A DNA stretch of 64,000 nucleotides from Dictyostelium discoideum (lineage: Eukaryota), in NCBI GenBank assembly GCA_000004695.1, contig CM000154.2, forward strand, positions 2,880,001 to 2,944,000, written 5' to 3'. The translations under genes and the position numbers were made by a program. Positions 1 through 13,953 of this stretch are shown here, one piece after another. Under the pieces are notes generated by a model, which did no database searches, was not told the origin of the DNA, and saw nothing but the letters and a program-made list of their open reading frames with translations. Within the stretch, counting starts at the first letter, position 1. Every line of letters starts with the position of its first letter.

Positions 1-200
1 AAGTATGTTTCGTTGAAAAAAAAAAATTTTGAGCAGATGATCATGATCTTTTTTTTTTTGATGACCATTTTTTAAAAATAAATAAAAAAAAAAATAGAGA
101 AAAAAAGTATGGTTTTTATTTAATCACATAAATAGTTGTTGCATCATTGTTTTTTGTTTTTCTATTTTTATTTTTTTTTTTTTTTATTTTTTTTTTTTAT

Positions 201-220
201 TCCCACACAGAATAACGTCT
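201..220 (+). promoter_or_regulatory. Conserved upstream element TCCCACA(CA)GAATAA(C/T)GTCT. Copies at 201..220, 2934..2953 and 6111..6130, each upstream of an actin gene.
   Basis: Near-identical G/C-containing 20-mer sitting in otherwise A/T-only upstream sequence, before three different actin genes. Confidence 0.4.
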
Positions 221-319
221 ATTCGTGTTTTTCTATTTTTATTTTTATTTTTTTTTTAATCAAAATTAAAATTATTTTTAAATCAATTTTAATTCGTAAT
301 TTCAAGATATAAGGAATAT

Positions 320-329
320 CCATATAAGG
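320..329 (+). promoter_or_regulatory. CArG box CCATATAAGG (SRF/MADS-box consensus CC(A/T)6GG) 19 bp upstream of the divergent-actin ATG. Identical copies occur at 3063..3072 and 1962..1971.
   Basis: Exact CC(A/T)6GG match seen three times, each time in the duplicated actin upstream regions. Confidence 0.5.
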
Positions 330-347
330 AAATATTGTAAAAATAAA

Positions 348-1466
348 ATGGAAATTAATGTTCAAGCTATAGTTATTGATAATGGTTCTGATACGTGTAA
401 AGCTGGTTTTGTTGGTGAAGAAGCTCCACATTCAGAGTTCCCATCGATTGTTGGTATTGATCAAAATGATTCATATGTTGGTAATGAAGCTCAATCAAAA
501 AGAGGTATTCTAACTCTTAAATATCCAATTGAACGTGGTATTATTACCAATTGGGATGATATGGAAAAAATCTGGCATCATGCTTTTTATAATGAACTTG
601 GTGTTGCTCCAGAGGAAAATATAGTAGTTTTATCTGAATCACCATTAAATCCAGAAGAAAATAGAGAGAAAATGGCTCAAATCATGTTTGAAACTTTCAA
701 AACTCCTGCAATATATGTTGAAAACCAAGCTGTATTTTCGATTTATAATTCTGGTCGTATGACTGGTATCGTTCTGGATTCAGGTGATAGTGCTTCTCAT
801 GTTGTACCAGTTTATGAAGGTCTTGCATTGCCACATGCGACTTCAAGTTTAGGTTTTGCTGGTTGTGATCTTACTGATCAAATGAGTTTATTATTAAATG
901 ATCTTGGTTACAACCTTGAAAGAGAAATAGTTAGAGATATTAAAGAGAAACTATCATATGTTTCATCAGATTTTTCATGGGAAATTAACGATCCATCAAC
1001 ATTAGGGAAATCATATGAACTACCAGACGGTCAAGTTATTACAATTGATAAAGAACTTTTTGCTTGCCCAGAGGTACTTTTCCTCCCATATGCATTTTTT
1101 GGTACGAACCTTGATGGTATTGACAAAGCAATCTATAATTCAATCATGAAGTGTAATGATGATATTCATAATGATTTATATGGTAATGTTGTATTATCAG
1201 GTGGTTCAACTATGTTCCCAGGTATTGAATATCGTATGTATAAAGGATTAACACAACTTGCACCATCAACAACGGAAATTGTAATTAATGCAGAACCAGA
1301 TCGTAAGAACTCTGTATGGATTGGTGGTTCAATTTTAGGCTTAGTTCCAAATTTCCAAGAATTGTGTATTGACAAAGAAGATTATGATGAATATGGTCCA
1401 TCGTTTGTGAACTTAGTAAAAAGTTTTAGAGAACAAAATCACCAAAATTATTATGGTGAAAATTAA
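348..1466 (+). CDS. Divergent actin (372 aa). It lacks the DNase-I-binding-loop segment [14 protein letters not shown] and carries a G->D change in the first phosphate-binding loop.
   Basis: Full-length ORF alignable to actin throughout (DNGSxxCKAGF, [36 protein letters not shown]). Residues 38-51 of canonical actin are replaced by IDQND. Confidence 0.85.
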   Translation: MEINVQAIVIDNGSDTCKAGFVGEEAPHSEFPSIVGIDQNDSYVGNEAQSKRGILTLKYPIERGIITNWDDMEKIWHHAFYNELGVAPEENIVVLSESPLNPEENREKMAQIMFETFKTPAIYVENQAVFSIYNSGRMTGIVLDSGDSASHVVPVYEGLALPHATSSLGFAGCDLTDQMSLLLNDLGYNLEREIVRDIKEKLSYVSSDFSWEINDPSTLGKSYELPDGQVITIDKELFACPEVLFLPYAFFGTNLDGIDKAIYNSIMKCNDDIHNDLYGNVVLSGGSTMFPGIEYRMYKGLTQLAPSTTEIVINAEPDRKNSVWIGGSILGLVPNFQELCIDKEDYDEYGPSFVNLVKSFREQNHQNYYGEN

Positions 1467-1467
1467 C

Positions 1468-1509
<42 letters not shown>

Positions 1510-1628
1510 CAATTCCAGTTTTCTTCAAATTTTATTCTTAAAAATTATTTTTAAAATTATATTATTAATAAAAATGTTATAAATTTATGGGAAAATATTA
1601 TATTAATTTTTTTTGTTTTGGTAATAAT

Positions 1629-1680
<52 letters not shown>

Positions 1681-1810
1681 TTTTTTTTTTTTTTTTTTTT
1701 TTTTGTATAAATAATTATTTTTTAAATGAAAAAAAAAAATAAAAAAACTTTAAAAAATAAACAATAATTTATATATTCAAATAATAATCAAAATAATAAA
1801 AAAAAAAAAA

Positions 1811-2459
1811 ATGGAAAGTGAAGATGTTCAAGCTTTATTTTTTTTTTTTTTTCTTAGTTTATCAATTATCTACTATTTTTAAATATATAAACTGAGATGT
1901 ATATTAATAAAATAATTTATTTTGCCAGAATGTAATAATTATATCTCACTAATAAAAATATCCATATAAGGAGAATGTAATTATATAAAATTTTGTTTTT
2001 AAGTTTTTTTTTTTTTTTAAGCAAAATATTAATTTTTCAAATTACAACATTATGACAACCAAAAGTGATTTCTATGGGGCTGACCCCTTAGATTTTTCAA
2101 ATCTAGAAGCACTTTTCCGACCATCATTATTGGCTATGGGCTGTGGTGGTATTCATGAAACAATCTATAATTCAATCATGAAATGTGATTATGATATTCG
2201 TAAATATTTATTTGGTAGTGTGGTATTATCAGGTGGTTCAACTATGTTTCCAGGTATTGCAGATCGTATGAATAAAGAATTAACTGCACTTGCACCATCA
2301 ACAATGAAAATTAAAATTATTGCACCACCAGAACGTAAATACTCTGTATGGATTGGTGGTTCAATTTTAGCCTCACTTTCAAATTGTCAAGAAATGTGGA
2401 TTTCAAAAGAAGAATATGACGAATCTGGTCCATCAATTATTCACAGAAAATGTTTCTAA
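1811..2459 (+). pseudogene. Actin pseudogene with internal deletion. First 10 codons (MESEDVQAL) sit at 1811..1840, about 250 bp of unrelated sequence follows, then the C-terminal ~120 codons at ~2096..2459.
   Basis: 1801..1843 is identical to the start of the intact actin at 4652. ORF 2052..2459 matches the actin C-terminus ([14 protein letters not shown]...HRKCF*). The 3' flank matches the flank of the 4652 actin. About 240 codons are missing. Confidence 0.75.
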
Positions 2460-3080
2460 AAAAAATAGTTAAATTAATATAATAAAATAAAAATTATAAA
2501 AACAAAAAAAAAAAAACAAAAAAAAAAATTAAAAAAAAAAAAAAAATCATTTTTGAAACAAAAAATAGAATTAGTTTCTTGTCGATAAAAGAAATAACCA
2601 CTCATATAAATTTTTTTCACCAATGACATAATTTTGGCTCTATTTACGTAATATACCATTAAAGCATTCGCTGAAAAAAAAAAAGGTTAAAAAATAAAAC
2701 AAAAAAAAAAAAAAAAACAAAAAAACTAAAAGTCTAAAAGTATGGTTGGTTGAAAAAAAAAAATTTTGAGCAGATGATCATGATCTTTTTTTTTTGGTGG
2801 TCATTTTTTAAAAATAAATAAAAAAAAAAAATAGAGAAAAAAAGTATGGTTTTTATTTAATCACATAAATAGTTGTTGCATCATTGTTTTTTGTTTTTCT
2901 ATTTTTATTTTTATATTTTTTTTTTTTTTTTATTCCCACACAGAATAACGTCTATTCGTGTTTTTCTATTTCTATTTTTATTTTTTTTAAAATCAAAATT
3001 AAAATTATTTTTAAATCAATTTTAATTCGTAATTTCAAGATATAAGGAATATCCATATAAGGAAATATTGTAAAAATAAA

Positions 3081-4142
3081 ATGGAAATTAATGTTCAAGC
3101 TATAGTTATTGATAATGGTTCTGATACGTGTAAAGCTGGTTTTGTTGGTGAAGAAGCTCCACGTTCAGAGTTCCCATCGATTGTTGGTATTGATCAAAAT
3201 GATAAAGATTCATATGTTGGTAATGAAGCTCAATCAAAAAGAGGTATTCTAACTCTTAAATATCCAATTGAACGTGGTATTATTACCAATTGGGATGATA
3301 TGGAAAAAATCTGGCATCATGCTTTTTATAATGAACTTGGTGTTGCTCCAGAGGAAAATATAGTAGTTTTATCTGAATCACCATTAAATCCAGAAGAAAA
3401 TAGAGAGAAAATGGCTCAAATCATGTTTGAAACTTTCAAAACTCCTGCAATATATGTTGAAAACCAAGCTGTATTTTCGATTTATAATTCTGGTCGTATG
3501 ACTGGTATCGTTCTGGATTCAGGTGATAGTGCTTCTCATGTTGTACCAGTTTATGAAGGTCTTGCATTGCCACTTGCGACTTCAAGTTTAGGTTTTGCTG
3601 GTTGTGATCTTACTGATCAAATGAGTTTATTATTAAATGATCTTGGTTACAACCTTGAAAGAGAAATAGTTAGAGATATTAAAGAGAAACTATCATATGT
3701 TTCATCAGATTTTTTATGGGAAATTGACGATCCATCATTAGAGAAATCATATGAACTACCAGACGGTCAAGTTATTACAATTGGTAAAGAACTTTTAGCT
3801 TGCTCAGAGGGACTTTTCCTCCCATATGTATTTTTTGGTACGAACCTTGATGGTATTGACAAAGCAATCTATAATTCAATCATGAAATGTGATGTTGATA
3901 TTCATAATGATTTATATGGTAATGTTGTATTATCAGGTGGTTCAACTATGTTCCCAGGTATTGAATATCGTATGTATAAAGAATTAACACAACTTGCACC
4001 ATCAACAACGGAAATTGTAATTAATGCACCACCAGAACGTAAGAACTCTGTATGGATTGGTGGTTCAATTTTAGGCTTAGTTCCAAATTTCCCAGAATTG
4101 TGTTTTGACAAAGAAGATTATGATGAATATGGTCGGTTGTGA
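3081..4142 (+). CDS. Divergent actin, copy 2 (353 aa). The C-terminus is truncated by an indel/frameshift near 4130 relative to copy 1. Possibly a decaying paralog.
   Basis: About 97% identical to 348..1466. It retains KD ([12 protein letters not shown]) and ends ...DEYGRL* where copy 1 continues [11 protein letters not shown]... Confidence 0.8.
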   Translation: MEINVQAIVIDNGSDTCKAGFVGEEAPRSEFPSIVGIDQNDKDSYVGNEAQSKRGILTLKYPIERGIITNWDDMEKIWHHAFYNELGVAPEENIVVLSESPLNPEENREKMAQIMFETFKTPAIYVENQAVFSIYNSGRMTGIVLDSGDSASHVVPVYEGLALPLATSSLGFAGCDLTDQMSLLLNDLGYNLEREIVRDIKEKLSYVSSDFLWEIDDPSLEKSYELPDGQVITIGKELLACSEGLFLPYVFFGTNLDGIDKAIYNSIMKCDVDIHNDLYGNVVLSGGSTMFPGIEYRMYKELTQLAPSTTEIVINAPPERKNSVWIGGSILGLVPNFPELCFDKEDYDEYGRL

Positions 4143-4498
4143 ACTTAGTAAAAAGTATAAGAGAAGAAATTCAGATAACAAACACAAATTCACAGTTAAA
4201 AAAATAAAATAAAAAAATAAAAAAATAAAAAAATAAATAATAAAATTTAATAAAATAAATTAAATAAACTATTTTTTAGGTTCTTTTGATTTATTTTTTG
4301 TAATTTTATTTTATTTTTATTTTATAATTTTATACAAATTTTAAATAATTTCAAAAAAAAAAAAATAAAAAAAAAAATTCAATTCCAGTTTTCTTCAAAT
4401 TTTATTCTTAGAAATTATTTTTAAAATTATATTATTAATAAAAATGTTATAAATTTATGTGAAAATATTATATTTATTTTTATTTGTTTTGTTATTAT

Positions 4499-4546
<48 letters not shown>

Positions 4547-4639
4547 TATAAATAATTATTTTTTAAATGAAAAAAAAAAATAAAAAACTTTAAAAAATAA
4601 ACAATAATTTATATATTCAAATAATAATCAAAATAATAA

Positions 4640-5782
<1,143 letters not shown>

Positions 5783-6517
5783 TTTTAAAAGAAAAAAAAA
5801 AAACAACGTTGTTGGAAATTCCTTTACCAACATAGTTAAATAAAATAAAATTAAATAAAAATTATAAAATAAAAAACAAAAAACAAAAAACTAAAAACCA
5901 AAGTATGATATGTTTTAAAAAAAAAAAAAAAAAGTCTAAACTTTACAACTAAAGTAAAAAAAAAAAAAAAAAAAAAAACCCATGGTGTTGGAAATTCCAA
6001 GACCAAATCATAATAAACATATTGTGTGAGATTAAAAAAAAAAAAAAAAAAGGTATACTTTTTGGTTAATTGAATAAATAGTAGTATTTTTTTTTTTTTT
6101 TTTTTTTTAATCCCACAGAATAATGTCTGAATCAAACCAATAAAAAATTTTTATCGTATATTTTTGAGTTCTATTTTTAAAAACTAAATTGATTTTAAAA
6201 ATAAATTAAATCATTGTTAATATTAAAAAAAAAAAAAAAAAAATGAAAAATAAAATTATAATATTTTTTTTTAAAGAAAATAATAAATATTAGATTTAAT
6301 TAAAAGTAAATAATAGTTAGTTTTTTGGGTAATAACTAAGTTGGATTTTCAAGTAATTTAAAAAAAAAAAAAAAAATTAAAAAAATATAATAAAATAATA
6401 AAGAAAACTTTTTTAAAAAACTTTTAATGATTTAAATAATAAACTTATTATTTTTTGTAATTTAATTTTATTTTTTTTTTTATTTTTATAATTTTAAACA
6501 AATTTTACATTTAATTT

Positions 6518-6584
<67 letters not shown>

Positions 6585-6805
6585 ATTTCCTTTTTTTTCA
6601 AATTTTATTTTTGGAAATTATTTTATATTATATTTTTAAAAAGAGGTTATAAATTTATGTAAAAATATTATTTTTTATTTTTATTTGGTTTTTTTTTTTT
6701 TTTTTTTTTTTTTTGAATAAATAATTTTTATTAAACTAAAAAAAAAAATAAAACATTAAAAAAATAAACAATAATTTATGTATCTAAATAATATTAAAAA
6801 AAAAA

Positions 6806-7948
6806 ATGGAAAGAGAAGAAGTTCAAGCTATAGTTATTGATAATGGTTCTGATATGTGTAAAGCTGGTTTTGCTGGTGATGATGCTCCACGTGCAGTTTT
6901 CCAATCAATTGTTGGTCGCCCAAGATATACCGGTGTTATGGATGTTATGGGTCAAAAGGATTCATATATTGGTGATGAGGCTCATTCGAGAAAAGGTTTT
7001 TTAACTCTTAAATATCCAATTGAACGTGGTATTGTTACCAATTGGGATGATATGGAAGAAATCTGGCATCATACTTTTTATAATGAACTTGGTGTTGCTC
7101 CAGAGGAACATCCAGTTCTCTTAACTGAACAACCATTAAATCCAAAAAAAAATAGAGAGAAAATGACTCAAATCATGTTTGAAACTTTCAATACTCCTGC
7201 AATGTATGTTGCCATTCAAGCTGTATTATCACTTTATTCATCTGGTCGTACAACTGGTATCGTTATGGATTCAGGTGATGGTGTTTCTCATGCCGTATCG
7301 ATTTATGAAGGTCATGCATTACCACATGCAATTTTACGTTTGGATTTAGCAGGTCGTGATCTTTCTGATTACATGATGAAAATCTTAACTAAACGTGGTT
7401 ACTCATTTACAACAACTGCTGAAAAAGAAATAATTAAAGATATTAAAGAGAAATTATCATATGTAGCATTGGATTTTGATGCTGAGATGCTAACTGCAGC
7501 CTCGTCAACAACATTAGAGAAATCATATGAATTACCAGACGGTAAAGTTATTACAATTGGTAATGAACGTTTCCGTTGTCCAGAGGCACTTTTTCAACCA
7601 TCATTATTGGCTATGGAATCTGCTGGTATTCATGAAACAATCTATAATTCAATCATGAAATGTGATGTTGATATTCGTAGATATTTATTTGGTAATGTTA
7701 TATTATCAGGTGGTTCGACAATGTTCCCAGGTATTGCAGATCGTATGAATAAAGAATTAACTGCACTTGCACCATCAACAATGAAAATTAAAATTATTGC
7801 ACCACCAGAACGTAAATACTCTGTATGGGTTGGTGGTTCAATTTTAGCCTCACTTTCGAGTTTCCAAGAAATGTGGATTTCAAAAGAAGAATATAATGAA
7901 TCTGGTCCATCAATTGTTCACAGAAAATGTTCTAATTATTTAAAATAA
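6806..7948 (+). CDS. Actin variant (380 aa, starts MEREEVQ, C-terminal extension HRKCSNYLK)
   Basis: Full-length actin ORF, about 90% identical to major actin. Preceded at 6040..6135 by the same upstream module as the divergent actins. Confidence 0.9.
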   Translation: MEREEVQAIVIDNGSDMCKAGFAGDDAPRAVFQSIVGRPRYTGVMDVMGQKDSYIGDEAHSRKGFLTLKYPIERGIVTNWDDMEEIWHHTFYNELGVAPEEHPVLLTEQPLNPKKNREKMTQIMFETFNTPAMYVAIQAVLSLYSSGRTTGIVMDSGDGVSHAVSIYEGHALPHAILRLDLAGRDLSDYMMKILTKRGYSFTTTAEKEIIKDIKEKLSYVALDFDAEMLTAASSTTLEKSYELPDGKVITIGNERFRCPEALFQPSLLAMESAGIHETIYNSIMKCDVDIRRYLFGNVILSGGSTMFPGIADRMNKELTALAPSTMKIKIIAPPERKYSVWVGGSILASLSSFQEMWISKEEYNESGPSIVHRKCSNYLK

Positions 7949-8167
7949 AAAAAAAATTATTTATATCAAATCTCTAAAATTATTATTATAAAATTATAAT
8001 TAGTTTTAGTCATGTTAAGAAAATTAAAAAATAAAAAAAATAAAAAAATAAAAAAAATAAAAAAAATAAAAAAATAAAAAAAAAGTACTAAATTAAATAA
8101 ATAATATAATATTGGTTTGTAAATTAAAAAGATAAATAAAATTTTTATATCTCTTTTATTTGTTTGA

Positions 8168-8285
8168 AAAAAAAAAAAAACGGTTTGGTGGTTATTTTTT
8201 TTACAGAAATGAAAAAAAAAAAAAATAGAAAAAAAAGGAATGATTTTCAACTAATTACATAAATAGTTGTATAATTATTTATTTT
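8168..8285 (+). repeat. Orphan copy of the actin upstream module (ggtggttatttttt...aatagaaaaaaaaggaatgatttt...cataaatagttgt) with no actin gene following
   Basis: Aligns to 40..150, 2780..2890 and 6040..6110. Confidence 0.6.
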
Positions 8286-8714
8286 TTACAAATTTACCAA
8301 AAAAAAAAAAAAAAAAAAAAAAAGAATCAAAAAGCCAATTTCTTACTTCAAAGAAAATAATACCCTAAACAAATATTTTCGAGCATCATTGGCGACAATA
8401 GCATCATTATTGATTTTCTAAAATATCCAAAAAAAAAAAAAAAAATTAAAAAATAAATAAAAAAAATAAAAATTAAAAAATTAATTTCTCAGATATTTTT
8501 TAAAATTTCATAAACGTTTCATTCCATTTATGTCGCCTCGCACAGAACAGTGTAATGTACGTTTTTGTTCAAAACCTCAAGGTTGACTTTGATTAATTAT
8601 TATTGATTTTTTTAATTTCTGGTAATTGTCGAAAAGTCTTTGAATCGATAACTTATTAATAAAAAAAAAAAAAAAAAAAAATAAATAAAAAAAAAAGTTA
8701 AAAATAAATTTTTT

Positions 8715-8748
<34 letters not shown>

Positions 8749-8907
8749 AATCACATTTTTTAACCTCCATACTTTCACACACATAAAATTCAAATAAATA
8801 TAAATATATCTATAATTTTTATATATATATATTTTTAAACTTTATTTTTTTTATATAATAACAAAATTTTTATTTATTTATTTAATTTTAATAATAACAA
8901 TTAAAAA

Positions 8908-10870
8908 ATGATTGAAGGTAGTGGTAGTAAAACTCCAAAGAGAAACTCTGATGAAATTTCAGTCAAGAGTTTAAGTATTCATGAAGCCAATACATTATCA
9001 TCTGAACATGAACATGAAAGTGGAAATGAAGAATTAACCCTCAGTCAAATTGTTATTAGATCAGACTTTGCCAATGAATCCTCTGAAAGACAATCAAAGA
9101 TCATTTTGGATAGATTCAATCAAGGTATTGGTAAAAACTCTGCATTTACAGATTCACCAGCACTTGGTCGTGGTCTTTCACGTGTTGATGTTAGTTATTT
9201 TGTTATGGGTCATCGTAATCAAGTTGCAGAGTTATATGATCCACGTGGTCAACGTTTCAGTACTGTATTAACACCAGATCCAACTGTTAACATTAAATAC
9301 GTTGGTCCAGTTTCAAAGACTGCACACTACTTTGGTGCCTATGGTAAACATGTCTTAAACGTTCCAGCTGGTCATTATGCTAAAGCATTCTCAAAGAATA
9401 GACCAGTTCTCTATGGTGAAGGTCCACATGTTATCATTGATCCAACTTTCCAATTTGATGAAAATAATGGTTTTGTTAATCAACAAGAACCATTCATTGA
9501 ACATTCAACTATTAATATTCTTAGAATTCCAGCTGGTAAAGTAAGTAAAAATTTTAAAAATAAATTAAAATAATAATAATAATAATAATAATAATTAATA
9601 ATATTTTAATTATTTAATTTTTTCAGATTGCAAAAGTTTGGATTGGTACTCAACCACATATTTTAGAATCACGTCGTGATCCATATGTTTTTGTTGATGC
9701 TCAATTTAAATTAGTTTCACCTGATGGTGCAAAAAAAGCACAACTTTTTGAAAGTTCATCTTGTACCTTTGTTGAACATGGTTCAATTAAACGTATTATT
9801 CCACATGTATGTATAATAATTTTTTAAAAAAAAAAAAAGTTTAAATTAAAAAAATATGTTAATTTTATTTATTTTATTTTAATTAGACTGGTGAAGTTGC
9901 AATTACATATAATAATGGTATTTTAACAATTATTCCAACACCAAAAGATGGTAAACCAGTTATTATTGATTCACCAACTCATAACTTTGAAGGTTTTATT
10001 AGTACAAGTTTACAAACTTGTTTATTCCCATCAAAGGAAACTAAACAACAAGCATTGGCAGATAACAAATCAGCATTGGCAGATGAAATTAATTTAAAGA
10101 TTTTCCAAACCAGAGATTCACTTCGTGTTGGTGTTGTATTGGTAGTTGCATTTAAAATTGTTGACCCAGAACTAGCAATTACTAAACTTGGTAAAGAGGG
10201 TATTATCAATCATATTGAGAATGTTTCATTCGCTGATATGGGTAAAGCAATTCAATTGAGTACTTTACAAGAGATTATGTATTTCAATAGTATTAAACCA
10301 GGTCAAGCCACCAATGATGATAGTGTTCAAACCATTCAAGATCGTGTAAAGAGTCATTTGGCTAGAGATTTATTCGATTATGGTGTTGAGTTATCACGTT
10401 TACAAATTGAAACTATGAAAGTTTTAGATACTGAAATCGCAAAGAAACTCGCTGGCCAATCTGTCACCTCTGCAGAGTTTACCACTAAACAAGCAACCCT
10501 TGTCAAAGAGTATGATATTAAAACCACTGAAGCTCGTCTCAAGGCTGAAACTGATAATATCGCTTTGGAACAAAGAAATAAAGCTATCATCTCTGAATCT
10601 CAAGCTAAATTATCCTCTGCTCAAAGAGAAGCTGAATCTTTACTCATCACTGCTGAGGCTCAAAAGAAAGCTTCTGAATTACAAGGTGAACTCTACACTA
10701 AATATCCAATTCTTGCTGAAATCGAATTGGCTAGAATTAAAGCTGAAGCCCTCAAAAATGCCACCCTTTACATCACTCCTCAAGATGCTGGTGCTTTCAT
10801 GAATTCTCCATTGGTTTATTTCGATAAAATGATGAATGCTAATAATACTATTCAACAAAAAAAGAATTAA
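8908..10870 (+). CDS. SPFH/band-7 flotillin-like protein, vacuolin-like (599 aa). Exons: 8908..9540, 9627..9806, 9887..10870.
   Basis: GTAAGT/GTATGT donors and TTTCAG/AATTAG acceptors, with reading frame preserved across both introns. The central SPFH-like region is followed by an A/E/K-rich coiled-coil tail, like flotillin. Dictyostelium vacuolins are flotillin homologs of about this size. Confidence 0.6.
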
Positions 10871-11659
10871 AATATTTTAATTTAAAACATTAAGAATTAA
10901 AAAAAAAAAAACAAAAAAAAAAAAAAAAACAATACTTTTATTGTTTCATAATTTTCCAAACATTTGTATTTTAAAAAAAAATAAAAAAAAAAAAAAAATT
11001 TCAATCTTTTTTTTTAAAACTATTTCTGGTTTCCTTTTTTAAGCTTGGTTTTTTGTTTTTATTCTTTTTTTTTTTTTTTTTTTTGTTTTTAACAATGATT
11101 TAATTTAATTTATTTTAATATGAATTTAGATAAGAGCGCAAAATGATATAAAAAATGAATGCAAATCATTCTATTTTTTTTTTTTTAAGAATTTAGTTAT
11201 TTATCATTCATTTTTTAAAAAAAAAAAAAATTAATATTAATTGTGAAAAATATAAAAAATAAGATGGAGTGGATTTCCAAAAAAAAACACTTTTTTCTGA
11301 AAATGGACAAAGGTAAAACGACATTTTTATTTAATTTTTTAATTATATAAAGGGAATTTAAATTAAAAAAAAAAAATATATTAAACGGTTGTTAGAATTT
11401 GGAATTTTAAAATTTCTAGGAATCCATTAATTTTGCGCCTTTTTTATTTTTTTTTTGAATTTTTATTTTTTTTCAATTTTTTTTATTTATTTATTTTTTT
11501 TTTTTATTTTTTTTATTTTTATTTTTTTTTCTCATTTTTAATCCATACACATACATTCATTTTATTTAAATAAAAAAATATAAAATAAAAAAAAAAAACC
11601 GAATTTTAAATTTGTATATATATAAAAAATAAATAAAAAATAAAAAAAAAATAAAAAAA

Positions 11660-12033
11660 ATGTCAATTAATCGTGGATGTTTAACAAATATTATTAACGT
11701 TGACCAAACTAAACGTTTTCAAAATATTGATTGTAGAGTTCAAGTTATAAAAACAAAACAATCTTCAAGTAATAATTTAGAAATTCATTTATCAGATCAA
11801 GATCATATTTTTGTTGGTATTTCAAAGACTGATCCATCAAATATTCCAATCAATTCAATTGTTAACCTAAGTGATTTCTCTATAAACTTTCCAAAAAGAT
11901 TCCTTAATATCGTTCAATTCAATGTTATCTCTCAAGAAAAAGAAATTAAAACCGCACAAGGTAAAGCTTTAACATATCACTCAGTATATAAAAAAACAGA
12001 TGGCAATAGTCAAAACAGTAATCAACCACAACC

Positions 12034-12068
<35 letters not shown>

Positions 12069-13699
12069 CAAGAGCAAATACAACAATGGGCTCAAATAGT
12101 GGAATTGCATCAAGAGGTAATCCTTTAGCAAATCAAAGAAATCAAGCAGGTGCAATTAGATCAAATAATAATTTTGGTGGTAATAGTAATAATAATAATA
12201 ATAACAATTATAATAACAACAATAATAATAATAATAATAATAGTGGTGGTGGTTCAAATAATTTTTATGCAGATTTATCAACACAACCAATTACAGATAT
12301 TGAAAGTATAGCACCTGGTATGAATGTTCAATTTACAATCAGAGCAATGGTTAGAAATAAACAACCATTAAAAAGTTGGAATAAGGGAGCCAATGGTGAA
12401 GGTAAACTTTTTAGTATGGAATTGGTAGATAGTACTGGTGAAATTAAATGTGCTTGTTTCTCTGATAGTTCAAATCCAAACAACTTTATCAATGCACTCT
12501 ATGATTGCTTTGAAAATGGTAAAGTCTATTTCATTCAAAGATTCTTTGTTAAAAGTGCAAACAAATTATACAATACACTCTCACATCAATCTGAACTCAG
12601 TATCAACTCTGAATCAAGAGTAATGATTAGTCCAGATCAAACCCAATTCACTCCACATTATAATTTCAAAAAGATTGCTGATATTGAAAACTTGGAAAAG
12701 AACGACACTGTCGATGTTATTGGTGCCATTACAAACATTGATCCAATCGCCAATCTCACTAGCAAACAAGGTAAAGAATTCACCAAATTTGGTATCACCA
12801 TCGCCGATGACACCAATGCCAGTATCAATGTCGTTTTTTGGAATGAAAAAGCCACTGAAGTTGCACCTCAAGTAAAGGTTGGTGATATCATTGCAATGAA
12901 GGGTGTAAAAGTTTCCGATTTCTCTGGTAGAACACTCTCTTATAGTTTTGGTTCATCCTTTGGATTGAATGATGAACAACTTCAAGAAACCAGTAATCTT
13001 CGTGCACATTTACAAAACTTTGATGTCAATTCTCTTCAATCACTTACCATTGCAAGTTCCTACACCCAAAGTTCCTATGAACAAGTTAATCTTCCAATCT
13101 TTTTAATCAGAACCATCTCTGAAGGTTCACCACTCTTCATTTCAGATCCAAAAACAAATAAAAAACTCTATCGTACAATCGGTCAATTCCAACGTGTCGT
13201 TCCTTTAAGTCAAGCTGGAGAGATGGACAAAGGTGATGAAATCTCTTCCAAAATGGAATGGAAATATAAAGCATGCAAAAAATGTAAAAAATCTTGTCCA
13301 GAAGGTAGTTGCCCACAATGTGGTTCAGATGATTGGGAATATGCTTATCGTATGAGTTTGAAATTATCCGATGGTGATGATGCAATCAGTGTTGAGGTAA
13401 TGGGTAAAACTGGTGATAGATTATTTGGTAAAAGCGCTGCAGAATTATATCAAATGAATCAAGAACAAATCAATGAAATCTTTAACACTGTACTTAGTAA
13501 CAATTATGTTGTTTCACTTGCCCCAAGCTCTTATATGGGTAGCAATGGTCAAACTTACAACAGATTCAATGTCTATGATTTTGCAAATCTCTATGATACA
13601 CCAAACAAACTAGTTTCTGGTCCAAATCCAAATGCTCCAAATCAATTCCAAAATTATATTGAAAGTAGTTTTAATGATTGTAGATTATTTAATGAATAA
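11660..13699 (+). CDS. rfa1: Replication protein A 70 kDa subunit (RPA70), 679 aa, single exon
   Basis: OB-fold DBD-A/B similarity (GEGKLFSMELVDSTGEIKCACFSD, VKVSDFSGRTLS). C4 zinc ribbon CKKCKKS...CPQCG. RPA70-like C-terminal domain. N/Q-rich linker. Confidence 0.85.
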
Positions 13700-13953
13700 A
13701 TAAATAAATAAATAAATTATATAAAAATAAAAAATAATAAAAAATATAATATTTTTTTTTTTTTTTAATTAAATTATTTTATATAAATCAACTTTCAAAT
13801 TATTCTAATTTCTAATTAATTTTAGTTTATTTTTTAATTTGATAAATATATATATTTTTTTATTTTTTTTTTTTTTTATTTATATATTTTTTTTTTTTTT
13901 TTTTTTTTTTTTGAAAGAAATCATTTAACTCATTCGCCCATTAAAGTATTAAT

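Larger units (their letters stand above)
1..2739. repeat. Tandem duplication unit 1 (upstream module + divergent actin + internally deleted actin); direct repeat of 2740..5899
   Basis: Seen in sequence: 1..347 aligns to 2740..3080, 348..1466 to 3081..4142, 1501..1843 to 4371..4684, and the 3' flank 2460..2739 to 5783..5899. Both units begin with the motif aagtatg. Confidence 0.85.

Noticed and set aside
1166-1375. Minus-strand 69-aa ORFs inside the actin genes (also at 3902..4111)
   Set aside because: They are antisense to a strongly supported actin CDS and are a by-product of its codon bias. Both copies are identical.
5851-6135. Poly-F/K ORFs in intergenic poly-A/T (also 7966..8250, 24210..24584, 37426..37665, 39418..40029 and 56264..56762)
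   Set aside because: These are translations of homopolymer A/T runs with no coding signal.
9050-9271. Alternative-frame ORF inside the vacuolin-like exon 1 (also 10378..10590 and 10500..10802)
   Set aside because: They overlap a conserved SPFH-family reading frame and have no support of their own.
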